A stretch of 64,000 nt of DNA from Octopus vulgaris (lineage: Eukaryota): the NCBI GenBank assembly GCA_951406725.2, contig OX597827.1, forward strand, positions 27,838,001-27,902,000, given 5' to 3'. The first letter of the stretch is position 1. Each line of letters begins with the position of its first letter. Below the pieces are notes generated by a model. That model saw only the letters and a list, made by a program, of their open reading frames with translations. It was not told the origin of the DNA and searched no databases. The translations under genes and the position numbers were made by a program. Of this stretch, positions 26,249 through 41,932 are shown in pieces.

Positions 26249-26734
26249 ATGCTGCTACTACTACTACCACCACGCCTGCCTGCTCCCAACGTCACACCGT
26301 TTCTCACCTAAAACCCTCAACTGAATTATATATATTTCTTCATTACCCACAAGGGGCTAAACACAGAGTGGACAAACAAGGGCAGACATGGGGATTAAGT
26401 CGATTACATCGACCCCAGTGCGTAACTGGTACTTTTAACGATATGTATAAATTCGTTTCCTTTCCACCCAGTTTCAAAATTTCTTTGAAAAGAGGGGCGA
26501 CCAGCCTGATAACTCCTAGTTATCCACTGACCTCGGAGGCATTAAAATTTTTAGAGGTCTTGATCGGAAAGTGCTCAATAATATCTAGAATATTTGGATC
26601 TCCGGCCTCTTCAGAGAACTCGAATGGAAAATCTTCATAGCCAGAGTCATCCTAGCAGCATTATAGGCCCCTTGGCAATTCATTACACTGTGTCTATTAG
26701 TATTTATCTAGTGATAGTAAGTTACAGCATGCAT

Positions 26735-26923
26735 AGATCAGAATTGGACCCCCAGACTTCTGAGGCGCCCGGACAAATCAATGTACTGGGCCCTACAGAA
26801 TTTATTCATTGACAGCAAGCTACAGTATACACATATTACAACTAGGTCCTAAACCCGTGGGGCCCCAGGGTGCCAGGGTCCCTGAGCAACTACCCAGAGT
26901 GCTCATGTCTTAAGATGGCACTG
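26735..26923. mobile_element. Probable hAT-type MITE remnant
   Basis: Right end reverse complement is CAGTGCCATCTTAAG, with internal GGGCCC clusters; left TIR is degraded. Confidence 0.4.
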
Positions 26924-27355
26924 TTCATAACAGAAGTCGGAACAAGCTTCCCTTGTGATTGTAAAACGTGGACCCTCACTTGATCCATGGTCATGAATTT
27001 CGGGTGTTCCACATGGTGTTTAGTGTCAGCTGATAACAGTGACAAATGAGAAATCTTATAGCTTCCTTCTACTGTTGAGCAATAAGATTGCCTAAAACTG
27101 GTCGCAGCTTATGGGACACTGCCTGAAGTATCTAGAATTGTCCTGCAAGCAAACTTCTTACCACATAGCCACACCCGTTGGTACCATGCTTTGTTTTTGC
27201 TTTTGTTTTTGCCAAGAGTCAATTTCTTTGATCCGACAGGTTCCTACTGCCCTCTTCAATCAGTTTTTATCAAAAACTTGTAATCTGGATAGAGTAACTA
27301 CCGATTTCCCAATAGTTCAGCATAGATATTCTTTTCTCAATAGTTCGTATGTATC

Positions 27356-27613
27356 GTGACCCGATTTTCGTCCAATTTCACTTTGTCCAACATCATTTCG
27401 TCCACGTATTTTTGTCCGATGATTTTTTTGTCCAATTTTAAATAAACTCTTTCCAAAACAAGGTGAACTCCAAAATCAAATAATCATAGAGAATTTTATT
27501 CATAGGTTTTGTCGTTGGACAAAAAAAAAATCATCTGACAAAAAGACGTCTGACCAAAAGACGTGGATGAAAAGACGTTTGACGAAGTGACGTCGGATGA
27601 TAAGACATAGCAC
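27356..27613. mobile_element. Small foldback/MITE with ~15-bp subterminal repeats
   Basis: Left arm (TTTT/CGTCCA..)n faces right arm (TGGAC/GAC.AAAAGACG)n. Confidence 0.65.
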
Positions 27614-28029
27614 CCGTATGTATGTATGTATGTATGTATGTATGTATGTATGTATGTATGTATGTATGTATGTATGTATGTATGTATGTATGTGTGAATG
27701 TATTACAAGCATCCTACTAACACACTACACACTATAATCTGAAACGCTGCTTCTGGCCTAATTCCAGTCCCTTTTGCTTTTAATCTCTCTCTCCCTAACT
27801 GCTTATCTTCAGCTGCTTTCAACATTTAATATATCTGAACTTAGTAGGGCCAGGCATGAGAAATATCGCTCCAATTATAATAATGAACATATGACGAGAA
27901 AACTGCAGCTACATAAATAATTAGTCGAGGGAATCATCCTGAAACAAATCCAGAATTAGGATTCACGAAGACACAGAGGAAAATATTCCGCACACAAAAA
28001 TAGCTTTTAACTTTTGTGATTTATGTTTC

Positions 28030-28862
<833 letters not shown>

Positions 28863-29106
28863 TATATGTACATCTAATGAGTTTTTCTTTTTCTTATTTC
28901 CTCGTTTAAATTTCACTCATATAGAATGACTGGGATATGGGCTAAAATTATATATATTTCTATATGGTTGATGTTGGTGTAACTGTGAGCAAGGGAGGAG
29001 GATGTACGCACTTACAGAAACTTATATGTCAATAATCTATGCCGGGCTATTATTTAAACATCTGTCTGGGGCTTCAGCTGTTTCTTACTGTCTGTCCGTC
29101 TGTCTG

Positions 29107-29156
<50 letters not shown>

Positions 29157-29332
29157 CCTATCTATCTATCTATATAAATATATATATCTGCTCGTCTGTC
29201 TGTCTATCTATCTAAACTGAGAGGGAGAGAGGTCATCGGTTATAAATGTATGCATATAGTATATGTATACGTATTTTTATGTATGTATGTATGTATGTAT
29301 GTATGTATGTATGTATGTATGTATGTATGTAT

Positions 29333-29456
<124 letters not shown>

Positions 29457-29490
29457 GACAGACAGACAGACATATATTTATATACATTAC

Positions 29491-29532
<42 letters not shown>

Positions 29533-30964
29533 AATGTGTGTGTATATAAATATATATCTATGCATATATATTATATTTTTCTTGTTTCAGTCATTAAACT
29601 GCAGCCATGCTGTTGCACCGCCTATACATGCACATATATGCGCATGCGTGTGTTTCTGTGCATATCAATGTCTCTGTGTTTGTGTCAGTCGCTCCCTACT
29701 TGGCAACCAGTGTTGGTGTGGTTATGACCTTTCAAACTTGCGGTTGAGCAAAAGCCACCGAAAAAATAAGCACTAGACTTAAAATAAGCAGATGCGTTGA
29801 TTTGATCGACTGCAACCTTGAGGACGGATTTGCCGCATGGCCGCTGCGCAATGGCTGAAACAAACAAAAAGTATAAAGTCTCCATAACTTTGTATAATTC
29901 TATAAATCTTTATATAACTATGTCACACTCCCCAGTTGCTTGCTTTGTCTGTCTGTTCGTCTATCCATTTGGTTTTCTATTTGTCTATTTACGAAAGTAT
30001 CTGAAACAGAAATAAACCAAAATAACGCAATAAATCACAGAACTACGGAAAAGATTCCTAAACCAACATTTCAATATATTCTGATTCTAATATTCTATTG
30101 TAGTCTGCCAGAGATCGTTTATCGTGCTCGAACTTGGGATATCTTCTCTGCTGGATACGCACAAATATCAATTTATATCTATCCCATAAACAACTCTTCG
30201 TAATTACATCTACCAATGCAACTTGAAGCCACAGCATGAAGCCATGACAAGGACCGTGAAACAATATTTCAACTATCAATGTGATTTCCAACAGAATATG
30301 CGAATTCTTTTGATAAAACGCCTTCAATGCAAACCCCGCTGCTGAGATGGAATTTCACTGTAATATATATATATATTTCGATTATTTCAATATTCCTCAT
30401 TCTATCTTGAACACACATATAGGACTAGATGAACTGCTGAGAGATATATTTTCATATTATGATCAATACAATAGCGAGAATACAATATGGCGGTATGTGT
30501 ATGTCTGTATTTGGGCGTATTTATGTATTAATGTATTTATGTATTTGTCTATTATTTCTCAGTAAGTTTAAAATAAATGATGTTTGGGTGGTACTGAACT
30601 TGATAACTTGAGTTCGGTGTTTCTGAAAATCATGCTTCACTGATTTATAGAAATCAATTGAGTACACTTTCTTACCTAAAATATCCCATTTATCTTGCCC
30701 TATTACCTTACAAGAGATAAATAACTCACTTTACACACAATATCACACCTTAGTGTTTATTTACTCTCTGCATGTTCGTTCCCGTCTTCATTATTCTATA
30801 TAATAATTCACAATACAATATTTCTATTTATCCCGCTACAGCCAGCAATATTCAAGCAATCTATTTAGACATTTATTTAGAAAATAATATTTTAAAACTG
30901 AATTTTCTTTATTCGGATTTTCAAAACACGCTTTGTGAGGGCTGAATGATTAGCACACAGATAT

Positions 30965-31030
<66 letters not shown>

Positions 31031-31774
31031 GGACATAATTTTCCTTCTAAACATGTTTTCTAAAGCTGTCTCATAGCCGTAAGCCAGTTATTTGTATGTA
31101 TATATTTATATATGTACCAACTGCCACTACTTGCGTATATTTTGAAGAGTGAAGGATATAGAGCGTTATGGTGGTCTTCATGCCTTTCTCAACACCACTG
31201 ACAGTCTTTGAGTTGTTCTATATATTTCTAAAAGAAGAATATTGATCACGTTGTTGTTGGTGAATTGCTTAATCGGTTCAGCTTTTAACAATTATTTCCA
31301 CAACTGCAGACACCTAAACTCTTATGGTAATAAAATATTTTCTAAATTACAATTAACATATATCCATCAATTTTCTCTGATTAAATGTTGACGTGAGTTG
31401 TTAATGAGAATTCTTGTAAAATCTATCTCATCTTTCATTGTCTCTTACAAGAACCGAACGGCTATCAATGATAACTTTTCATGTTAATTTGTTAAACAAA
31501 CAATTGTTTTGATCTTCTGCTGTGAAATATTAATAAATAACATAACAATTAGCAGGCTCGTTGGTTTTCGAAATCTTAACAGACGTAAATATGTGGACAT
31601 CCGTCGATGTCGAAGAGAAGCGTTCAATCAACTGAACTGCCTCACGTGTTTCCGGTTCAGTGATGTTGTGTAAATTCTTGGGCACCGGCTCAGCCAATGC
31701 TTTGTGAGGGAATTTGGTGGACGGAAGCCGTTTGGAAGTCTGTCATATGTGTGTGTGTGTCCTTGTGTTGTGAA

Positions 31775-32070
31775 GACATGTGGTTAATGGTTAGGGTGCT
31801 CGGTCACAATCATAAGGCCGTGAGTTCAATTCCCGGCGACACATTGTGTTCTTGAGCAAGACACATTATTCCACATTGCTCCAGTCCACCAAGCTGGCAA
31901 AAATGAGTTGTACTTGTAATTCAAGAGTCTTGTGACATTCTGTGTCACGCCAAATCTCCTGAACTATGTTAGGGGCACGCGTATCTTTGGTGTATTCAGC
32001 CATTTGAACGTTAATTTCACGGACAAGCAGTTTCGTTGATCGGATCAATTGGAACGCTGGTCGTAACTGA
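31775..32070 (+). mobile_element. SINE family C
   Basis: TGGTTAGGG...GAGTTCAATTCCCGG head; body matches the reverse complement of 14770-14930. Confidence 0.75.
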
Positions 32071-32192
32071 CAAAGTACCTGTGACTTCGTGTTTAAGTAC
32101 TTACCACTATGCACCGTTTAACAGCCGATGTTAGTTTGTTTACATCGCTATAACTTAACAATTCGCCGAAAGTGACGCCTAGAATACATACA

Positions 32193-32375
32193 TAGGCGCA
32201 GTCGTGGCTGAGTGGTGAGAACATTGCTTCCCAACCACATGGTCCCGGGTTCATTCTCACTGCGTGGCACTTTGGGCAAGTGTTCTCTGCTTTAGTGACC
32301 GGCCTACAAAAGCCTTGTGAGTAGATTTAATTGACGAAGACTGAAAGAAGCCCATTGTTTGTGAGTATGAATCTG

Positions 32376-32416
<41 letters not shown>

Positions 32417-32431
32417 AAAAAAATGCAAACT

Positions 32432-32502
<71 letters not shown>

Positions 32503-32765
32503 CTGTGTATGTTTGTGTGTGTGTGTGTGCGCGCGTGTATGTATGTTTGTACGAGAGTTATTGCTTCTATTTCTCCCCCGCCAAAGCTTGACAATAGGCG
32601 TTGATATATATTCATATGTCCCCATAACTAAGTAGTTCGGCTAAAAGACTGATAAAATAAGTACTAGGTTAAAAACGAATGTGATGTCATCAATTCAACT
32701 AAAATTCTTCTTGGCGTTGCCCCAGCATAGCCGCCGTCAAATGATTGAAACAAGTAAACGAAAGT
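32193..32765 (+). mobile_element. SINE family A
   Basis: Head GGCGCAGTCGTGGCTG through tail GATTGAAACAAGTAAA. Confidence 0.85.
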
Positions 32766-33151
32766 TTGTGTGTATGTGTGTGAGTTTGTGTATATGTGTG
32801 TGTGTGTGTGTTCGTGTGTGTATACGCTTAGGCACATACACGCTCATACTCGCATTTACATATATATATGAGTACTGCATGGAGGCATCCGTATACATAG
32901 ACACACACGTAATCATTAAAAATATAATAGAAATGACAAATATCGCGAAATCAATCGGATCGTAAACAAACTGAACTCCATGAAACAAAGATGAGATTGT
33001 GTGATTTACATATTCCTTTCCCCATAAAGTAATTGCCGACTTCAGAAAACTAGTTATTACGGAGGGAAGACTGTGTGTGTGTTGTGTGTACGTTCGTGTG
33101 TGTTGGTTTGTGTGTAGGTATGTGTGTATGTAAAACTATGGGTGTGTGTTT

Positions 33152-33199
<48 letters not shown>

Positions 33200-33230
33200 C
33201 TGTCAATAAATGTCTGCCTGTGGGTGTACG

Positions 33231-33262
<32 letters not shown>

Positions 33263-33472
33263 TTCTATTTAATGATTTCCGTGTCAAAACACATTACAAG
33301 CATTCATAAATAGGTTGAAAGAAAAGCTACACACGCATTCACTCAAAATTAGCATCCAATATATTCGACTTATGTACGCAGCAAAATATTGGAAGCTACA
33401 AACACACACACACACACACACACATAAATATATGTATAAATATATATATATAAAATATATATATGCATATGT

Positions 33473-33507
<35 letters not shown>

Positions 33508-33760
33508 AATATATAAAAATATATATACAAATATATATGTATATATATATATAAATATATATATATATGTATACATATATATTTGTATATATATTTATAT
33601 ATATTTGTATGTATAGATATATATACAAATATATATAAATATATATACAAATATATATGTATATATATATATATGCATATATATATATGTATGTATGTAT
33701 ATGCATATATATATATATATGTGTGTGTGTGTGTACATGTACACCTACATATTTGAAACA

Positions 33761-33796
<36 letters not shown>

Positions 33797-33888
33797 GATA
33801 TATATAAGTATATATGTTTACAGACATAAACATATACGAATATATACGCTTGTATGTATATATATATATATATATATAAATACATATA

Positions 33889-33926
<38 letters not shown>

Positions 33927-34629
33927 TGTATGTATGTATGAATTGACACAGATTTATTTATGTATACGCGTATGTGCGTATCCGAATGCGAGTATAACAT
34001 ATATTAACGTATGTATATATGTATATAAATATGCATTTATACATGTATTTCCCTACATGTACACATTCACACATACACACACACGCGCGCGTACCCTCAA
34101 CGTTGCCCTGCATAATCAATGGACACGACTAAAAACGTTAAAATCAAAATGGCGTCCTGATAATGAATAAATAACCAGCAGATACTTTATAAAAGTTCAT
34201 AAGTTGCTTTTTCTCGTAGTTATAATGCTACATGCATATTTTAATTTTCACCTCAAAGAAAACAATGACGTTATATGAAGAATTTTTTTATATGTTTTGT
34301 GAAGAAGCAAGATGCTAAGAAAGCTGTATTTTGTACAATTCATGAAATTCATTCGGCCATTCCTATTCATGTACACGCATGCGTATACGAACCTATATAT
34401 TTGAAGATAATTTTGTGTATGTGTGTAATATATTGCTTGTTTTATTATCGTAATGTCATTGGCCTCTTATATATTCTTTAGGATGGCAGAGTCGCTTGTT
34501 TGGACGTAATGCCATTTGGTACTTGATTACGTTCCTCCCCATATTGGGTTCAAACTTAGTCGTGAACAATATTGTAATTAATTTGTCTGTCAGATCACTG
34601 AAGATGACTATGAAAAATAGAATTATCTC

Positions 34630-34835
34630 CACCTACACCAACGTGGTGTTGGTTATGTTGAGACACAGCTTATAGGGCCCCGTCAAATCTATACGGTCGT
34701 TATGCAGACGACTGTATCGGCGTCACCTCTCTTATCTTTGAACACCTCAACTCATTCACACTGTTTGTCAACTCTTTCCGGTCTTCTCTTAAATGAACTC
34801 CTGCCATCTCTTCTTTGACATCTCAGTTTTTATTG
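34630..34835 (+). mobile_element. Penelope-like RT core fragment
   Basis: GYVETQL...PSNLYGRYADDCIGVTSLIFEHLNSFTLFVNSFRSSLK* resembles the PLE RY(I/V)DD...F.NSFHP.LKFT motif. Confidence 0.7.
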
Positions 34836-35704
34836 ATTACCTCAGTATCACCACTACTACCACCAGAGTAATGTGTAATGAATTATTATTATGCTCAAGA
34901 AAATAACGCACTGCCCTGTCCGGAATCGAATACATGGTCTCGCAATCGTGAGTGTAACGCTCTAGCCACTAGGCTGCGCGCTTTTACATACCACGTGTCT
35001 TCTCTCGCTAGGTTCGAGGAATGAAATGTAATTTTATCCCGAATTTCACTTAGTCAAATATCTGCACCATTTCCTTTTCGAAGACTTCAGTTTCCAGAAC
35101 ATCTAAGAATTGCCATGGCTATAAAGAAACCCCCGAAGAAACACTGACAGTTCCTGGTCTGCATCTTAAGGAATTCTGATTTGCTAAGGTTAGTTTTATA
35201 GAGAATTCTGAAGAGTTGGAAGAGCATTTATTTTCTTTCTATCTCTAACAGGAACATTTCATATTTTTCTTCATTTTAAAACTGAAAGTTAGACAATAAG
35301 TTTATTTACTGTCGTAGTTTTTACAGGAAGGGGGAAAGAAGTAAACACTAAAAGTACAAAAGTTCAAATTATCGAGAAAAAATCCTAAAACTACCTCAGA
35401 AGGGTGAAAACAACAAAACAGGGGAGATTAAGCAGCAGGAGGGAGTAACGAGCTGTACACCCAAGACGAAATGGTGTGTTCAATCCCGACTCGCGGAAAT
35501 GATCGTGAAAGCTTTACGACGGAGAATCGCAACACACGCTGCAACAGACATGCCACCTGGCGGGACTCATTTCTCACATAGGCTTCAGTAATCTCGATTT
35601 TGTGGAGGAAATTAACAGTGCTGGGTACTGAGATGTTGACTTGACAAAGCTATAAAGGCTACAGATTTCACAATATATTAATTGTAGCTCATCGCCACTA
35701 TCAA

Positions 35705-36465
<761 letters not shown>

Positions 36466-36761
36466 TTAATATATTTATTTCTAATATCACTGAATAATTT
36501 GCAGTTTCAATTCTTGGATGTGTTACAACAATTCTGCTTCCATGAACTGTTTATCCCCAGACGTTTCCGTTTCGTCTCGTTTTTCAAAATATTTTAAATT
36601 AATATTAAAGGATTAACTGTTTAAACATTTATCTAATCCAGAGTTCCCATTTACTTAATCCTGTGTTAATGTATTTCGATTACGACATATTTACAGAATA
36701 AACATTAATAAACCTACTTTTAATATTAGTTGTGTACTAAGCAGGTTCTCGTGCAACTGAT

Positions 36762-38066
36762 TGCAGGCAGCTCATTCCCGGACAACTGATATATAGGACA
36801 ATTCATATCCGGACAATTGATATAAAGGACAACACATAAATGGACAATTGATATCTAGGACAACTGATATATAGCACAATTCATACCTGGATAATTGATG
36901 TCTAGGACAACTCATACCTGGACAATTGATATCTAGGACAAGTGATATGTAGGAAAACTCATAGTTGGACAATTAATATCTAGGACAACTGATATATAGG
37001 ACAAGTAATAACTGGACAATTGATATCTAGGACAACTGTTATAAAGGACAACTGATACCTGGACAATTGATATAAAGGACAACTGATATATAGGGCAACA
37101 CATACCTGAACAATTGATATCTAGGACAAGTCATACCTGGAAAATTGATATCTAAGATAGCTGATATATAAGGCTACTTGGACAACTGAAATATAGGACA
37201 ACTCATAACCGGTACAAAGTGTTAAAGATTTAATTTTGAAAGAAATTTCGGGTGTGTGCTGTATGAGTGTATGTGTGTGCGTATGCGTGGTGTTTGTAGT
37301 GTGTATTTGTTTGTGTGTGCGCGTGTGTGGTGCGTGTTTGTCTATGTGTACGTGGTGTGTATATGTGTGTGTGTTGTGTATGGTGTGTGAGATGTATGTA
37401 TATCTGTGTGGTATGAGTGTGAATGTGGATGCCTGAGTATGCGTGTGTGTGTGGTGCGTTTGGTGTGTATTTGTGTGTGGTGTGTGGGGGAAGTGTTTGT
37501 GTGTGTATGTGGTGTCTGTGCGTGTGGCGTGTGTGGCGTGTATTCGTTTGTGTGTGTGGGGGGGTGAGGTGTATGTCTGTGTGTGTAGTGTGTGTGTATA
37601 CGTAGGTGCGTGTGCGTGGTGTGTGTGATGTGTATTTGTGTGTGTACATGTTGCTTGTGTGTATGTGTATATGTGTGTGTGGTGTGTGTATGTGTGTGTG
37701 GTGTGTGTATGTGTATCTGTGTGTGGTGTGTCTATGTGCATTTGTCTGTGTGTGCTCTGTGCAGTTATCCTATTTTTGATTTTTATTTCGAAATAAAACC
37801 TCTAATAATTTTACTTGTTTTAAGTTGTCCTAGACATTCATTTTCCAGGTATGAGTTGTCCTATATTTCATTTGTCCTAGATATCAATTTTCCAGGTATG
37901 ACTTGTCCTAGATATCAATTGTCCAAGTATGAATTGTCCTTTATATCAGTTGTGCTAGATATCTTTTGTCCAGTTATAAGTTGTCCTTTATATCAATTGT
38001 CCTAGATATCAATTGTCCAGATATGAGTTGTCTGATATGAGATGTCCGAGAATGAGTTGTCCTGGC
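36762..38066. mobile_element. Foldback-type element with long inverted arms of 15-bp repeats
   Basis: Left (GGACAAYTGATATMT)n at 36780-37215; right (ATCAATTGTCCTAGA)n at 37820-38050; termini TGCAGGCAGCTCATTCCCGGAC / GTCCGAGAATGAGTTGTCCTGGCA; (TG)-rich spacer. Confidence 0.8.
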
Positions 38067-38309
38067 AAGGCTAAGCAGAGTGCATTAAACACGAGACTGA
38101 TATACAAGCATTAGTCGGTTATCTCATTTCTTACAGTACCAGTAACTTATATGTATGAATACGTAAATATATCCTTCGGTTACGAATGACCATTGAATTG
38201 CAGCTGGGATCCCTCCCGCTCCTCGAGGCACAAGTCCGTGTAAGGTTGTTTGTTGAAGACCAGCATATTGCCCATGCATACCAGTATTCCCTTTCCACGC
38301 CACTAATAT

Positions 38310-38520
38310 TCTTTTCAAATCTAGCCAGAAGGCCCGGAATTTTGAGAGAAGGGGGCCAGTCGATTACATCGACACCAATACGCGACTGGTACTTAATTTA
38401 TCGACCCCGAAAGAATGAAAAGCAAAGTTGATCTCGGCAGAATTTGAACTCAGAACTTTATGACAGCCGAAATACCGCTAAGCATTTCATCCAGATTGCT
38501 AACGTTTCTGGCAACTCGCA
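38310..38520 (-). mobile_element. SINE family B
   Basis: CGATTACATCGAC...CTGGTACTTAATTTATCGACCCCGAAAG...GCTAACGTTTCTG. Confidence 0.85.
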
Positions 38521-38602
38521 TACACACATGCACGCACACACACACACACACATACACATATAAATACATTAATGTAGACTGTATGTATGTATACATATAT
38601 AC

Positions 38603-38665
<63 letters not shown>

Positions 38666-38669
38666 AGAG

Positions 38670-38855
38670 AGAGAATTTACTGAAAAACATAAGACGAAGA
38701 CGGATGTGTCAACAACAAACAGATATATTAGTTTAACGCTCGGCAAGTGAGAAAGTCTTTTACATTTTGAGCCTACGCTCTTCAACAGAAAGGAACACAG
38801 AAATAAACAGGGAGAGAAAATGGAAAAAGTTTTAGCGGTTGGCGATCTATCATGG
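38670..38855 (-). mobile_element. Penelope-type terminal repeat with decayed HHR; homologue at 46865-47030
   Basis: Minus strand CCTTT-CTGTTGA-AGAGCGTAGGCTC-AAAA-TG-TA-AAAG; the differences from the 46898 copy are CpG-type transitions. Confidence 0.65.
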
Positions 38856-38868
38856 TGAATACACATAT

Positions 38869-39193
38869 ACCTAAAGGCAGAAATATATCCGTCACTAAAG
38901 TGACAAATGTCCTTATTCAGCACCAGTATTACAAGAAATACGAGTTAAAATACCTCAGTTGCCACGGAAGTGCTATTTTAATGAGATGACTAGAGAGACA
39001 ATCTCTCTACAGTTGCAGATATAGCTAGATGATCGGGATCCGTCCGCGATCGCAAGGAGATTGTCTCTCTTGCCAGTTCATTAAGATAGTATTTCCGTGG
39101 CTACTGAGTTGTTCTAACTCTTATTTCTAGCAATACTGGTGCTGGTTAATGCTCTTTGTCACTTTAGTGATGTAGATATTTCTGCCTTTAGGT
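38869..39193. mobile_element. Near-complete ~325-bp palindrome (MITE/foldback)
   Basis: ACCTAAAGGCAGAAATAT...GAGAGACAATCTC versus GAGATTGTCTCTC...ATATTTCTGCCTTTAGGT; arms ~140 bp. Confidence 0.8.
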
Positions 39194-39227
39194 TGTAAAA
39201 TTGTGAATTGGCCACCCATATTATATA

Positions 39228-39430
39228 CTAGCAGTATAACCCGGCCTTGCCTGGGATTAAGTTACGATTATTAAGCTAATCAAGTTCTTTATTTCAAACG
39301 AAACTAAGTAATATCGACTCTCAACAAAACACTTTTTTACTCGGCGTAAAATAAAAACAAAACTCATTCGCACCGAAAGTAACGTGAGAGAGAGGGGGTG
39401 AAAGGTGAACGATTTAAATAAAATGGGATC
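39228..39430 (-). mobile_element. Helitron 3' end
   Basis: Minus strand GC hairpin CCCAGGCAAGGCCGGG about 8 nt before terminal CTAG, followed by T; the far boundary is uncertain. Confidence 0.55.
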
Positions 39431-39501
39431 TATTTATTTGACTAAAGGCGGTGCACCATCATGGCTGCAGTCAAATCACGGAAACAAGTAAAAAGAATAA
39501 A

Positions 39502-39556
<55 letters not shown>

Positions 39557-40109
39557 TTTTATTTGTTTCAGTCATTTATAAATACAATTATACAAATACA
39601 CACATGCATACATACAGACTCACTAACACTTCAGCATATATTCATGTGCATACGACCGTGTGCATCAAGTTCCCTTCAATCAAACCCACTCATAAGGTTC
39701 TGGTCGGCCCGGAGCTATAGTAGAAGAGACTTACCCAAGGTACCGCGCAATGGGACTGATCCTAAGATCGCATGATTGGGAAGCAAGCACATTCTCAGTT
39801 TATGCTGCATTTGTGCGAAGCAGTATCAGACTGCGGTCTCAAACAGTCTCAGAAATATCTGTGCCTTGTATCTCCGTTTTAAAACACGATGTATTATCAC
39901 TTACGCACTATATCATATGAAATAGTTTTCGCTCACTACAAGTTGTATAGTCTAATATTGTTAGTGTAAATATCTATTATTCACATACATCTACTTACAT
40001 ACTTACATACTTACGTACATACATACAGACATACAGACATACAGACATACATACATATACACGCACACACGTATATACAGTTGTGTCTTTATATGTACAT
40101 GTACGAGTA

Positions 40110-40155
<46 letters not shown>

Positions 40156-40157
40156 TA

Positions 40158-40189
<32 letters not shown>

Positions 40190-40216
40190 CATATATATAT
40201 ACATATACATATATAT

Positions 40217-40248
<32 letters not shown>

Positions 40249-40249
40249 G

Positions 40250-40317
<68 letters not shown>

Positions 40318-40325
40318 CATGTACG

Positions 40326-40357
<32 letters not shown>

Positions 40358-40514
40358 TATACATACGTACATGCATACATGCATACATATTTACATAGAT
40401 ACATACATACATACATACATACATACATACATACATACATACATACATACATGCATGTGTACATCGATACATACATAAATACACAAATGCATGTGGTATT
40501 CTTTAAGTTCATTG

Positions 40515-40990
40515 TCGCTGAAAGAGGTCTGTAAACTTCACTGAAATGCTACATGTTTTGAATTTTCCTGTTGCTTAGTCTATTTTGTTCTTTTTTTTTT
40601 TCTAAAATTCTTGCCGTAGTTTGTAGCATTTGGTTTTGTTTAATTGTCTTCATGCTTACATTGGAACGAAGATATGTTATCGATGAATCGATCTCGTCGT
40701 GTCACTTGCACATGTCTTTTTCTCATTAGTGATCACTGAATATTAATCAACTTGATTCAACACTGCCACCACCCCCACCAAAAAAAAAGCGTGTTAAGAT
40801 TACTCTCCTCCACCGCCCGCTCCACCGGACACACAGGCGCACATACACGCATACACACGCACGCTAACATATACACTTTCACATACATTCATGTACACAC
40901 CAGATTACACACACACGAGCGCACACACCTATTCATATACCAACGTACGCTTACACATTTGCCAACACACAGAAACACACCAGCATACAC

Positions 40991-41069
<79 letters not shown>

Positions 41070-41148
41070 AAAGAACAAAATAGACTAAGCAACAGGAAAA
41101 TCCAAAACTTGTAGCATTTCAGTGAAGTTTACAGACCTTTTTCAGGGC
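40515..41148. repeat. ~75-bp inverted repeat pair with an HHR-like remnant
   Basis: 40518-40592 is the reverse complement of 41069-41145; contains CTGAAA(G/A)A...CACTGAAATGCTA. Confidence 0.7.
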
Positions 41149-41150
41149 GC

Positions 41151-41188
<38 letters not shown>

Positions 41189-41194
41189 GTGCCC

Positions 41195-41430
41195 TTTTAA
41201 AGCCTAGCCAGGTTCATGTGCCCGGTTTCCCGGTTTCTATGGCTTGTGTCTTCCCCAGCTGGACGGGACGCCAGGCCATCGCAGCGATACTCATTTTTGC
41301 CAGCTGAGTGGACTGGAGCAATGTGAAATGAAGTGCTTTGCTCAAGAACACAACGCATCGCCCGGTCCAGGAATCGAAACCACAATCTTACGATCATGAT
41401 GCTGACACTAACCACTAACCCACGCGCCTC
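41195..41430 (-). mobile_element. tRNA-derived SINE (family C-like head)
   Basis: Minus strand GAGGCGCGTGGGTTAGTGG...GGTTTCGATTCCTGGACCGGG; related to 61424-61725. Confidence 0.8.
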
Positions 41431-41443
41431 CACACACACACTT

Positions 41444-41551
<108 letters not shown>

Positions 41552-41889
41552 GCGAGCGTTCGCTATTTTACCCTCGTTGTGGTCTAACGACCTTCCATGG
41601 TTGTTTTCGTTCGGTTTCCTTCTGTCTCCACTGTCCTGTTTATGTTCCTAAATTTGACCCTCCATAAATCCCAAATTTATTTTGGCACTTATGGGAGCAA
41701 CTGTCTTCGAAGACACATATAGTAGTTGAATGCGCGAAATGAGGAGCAGATAGACAGCCGACAACTGATGAAGGGTCGTTTTTTATGTTATTTGTCCTGT
41801 TTTCCATTAGTTTTTGGTATTTCATGTTGTATACTGTTGGTGGCGTTCTGTACCCATATGTGTGTGTGTGTGTGTATGTATATATATGC

Positions 41890-41932
<43 letters not shown>

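Noticed and set aside
26930-27260. Possible RTE remnant (TWTLT and GHCL-like traces)
   Set aside because: Too decayed to support by eye.
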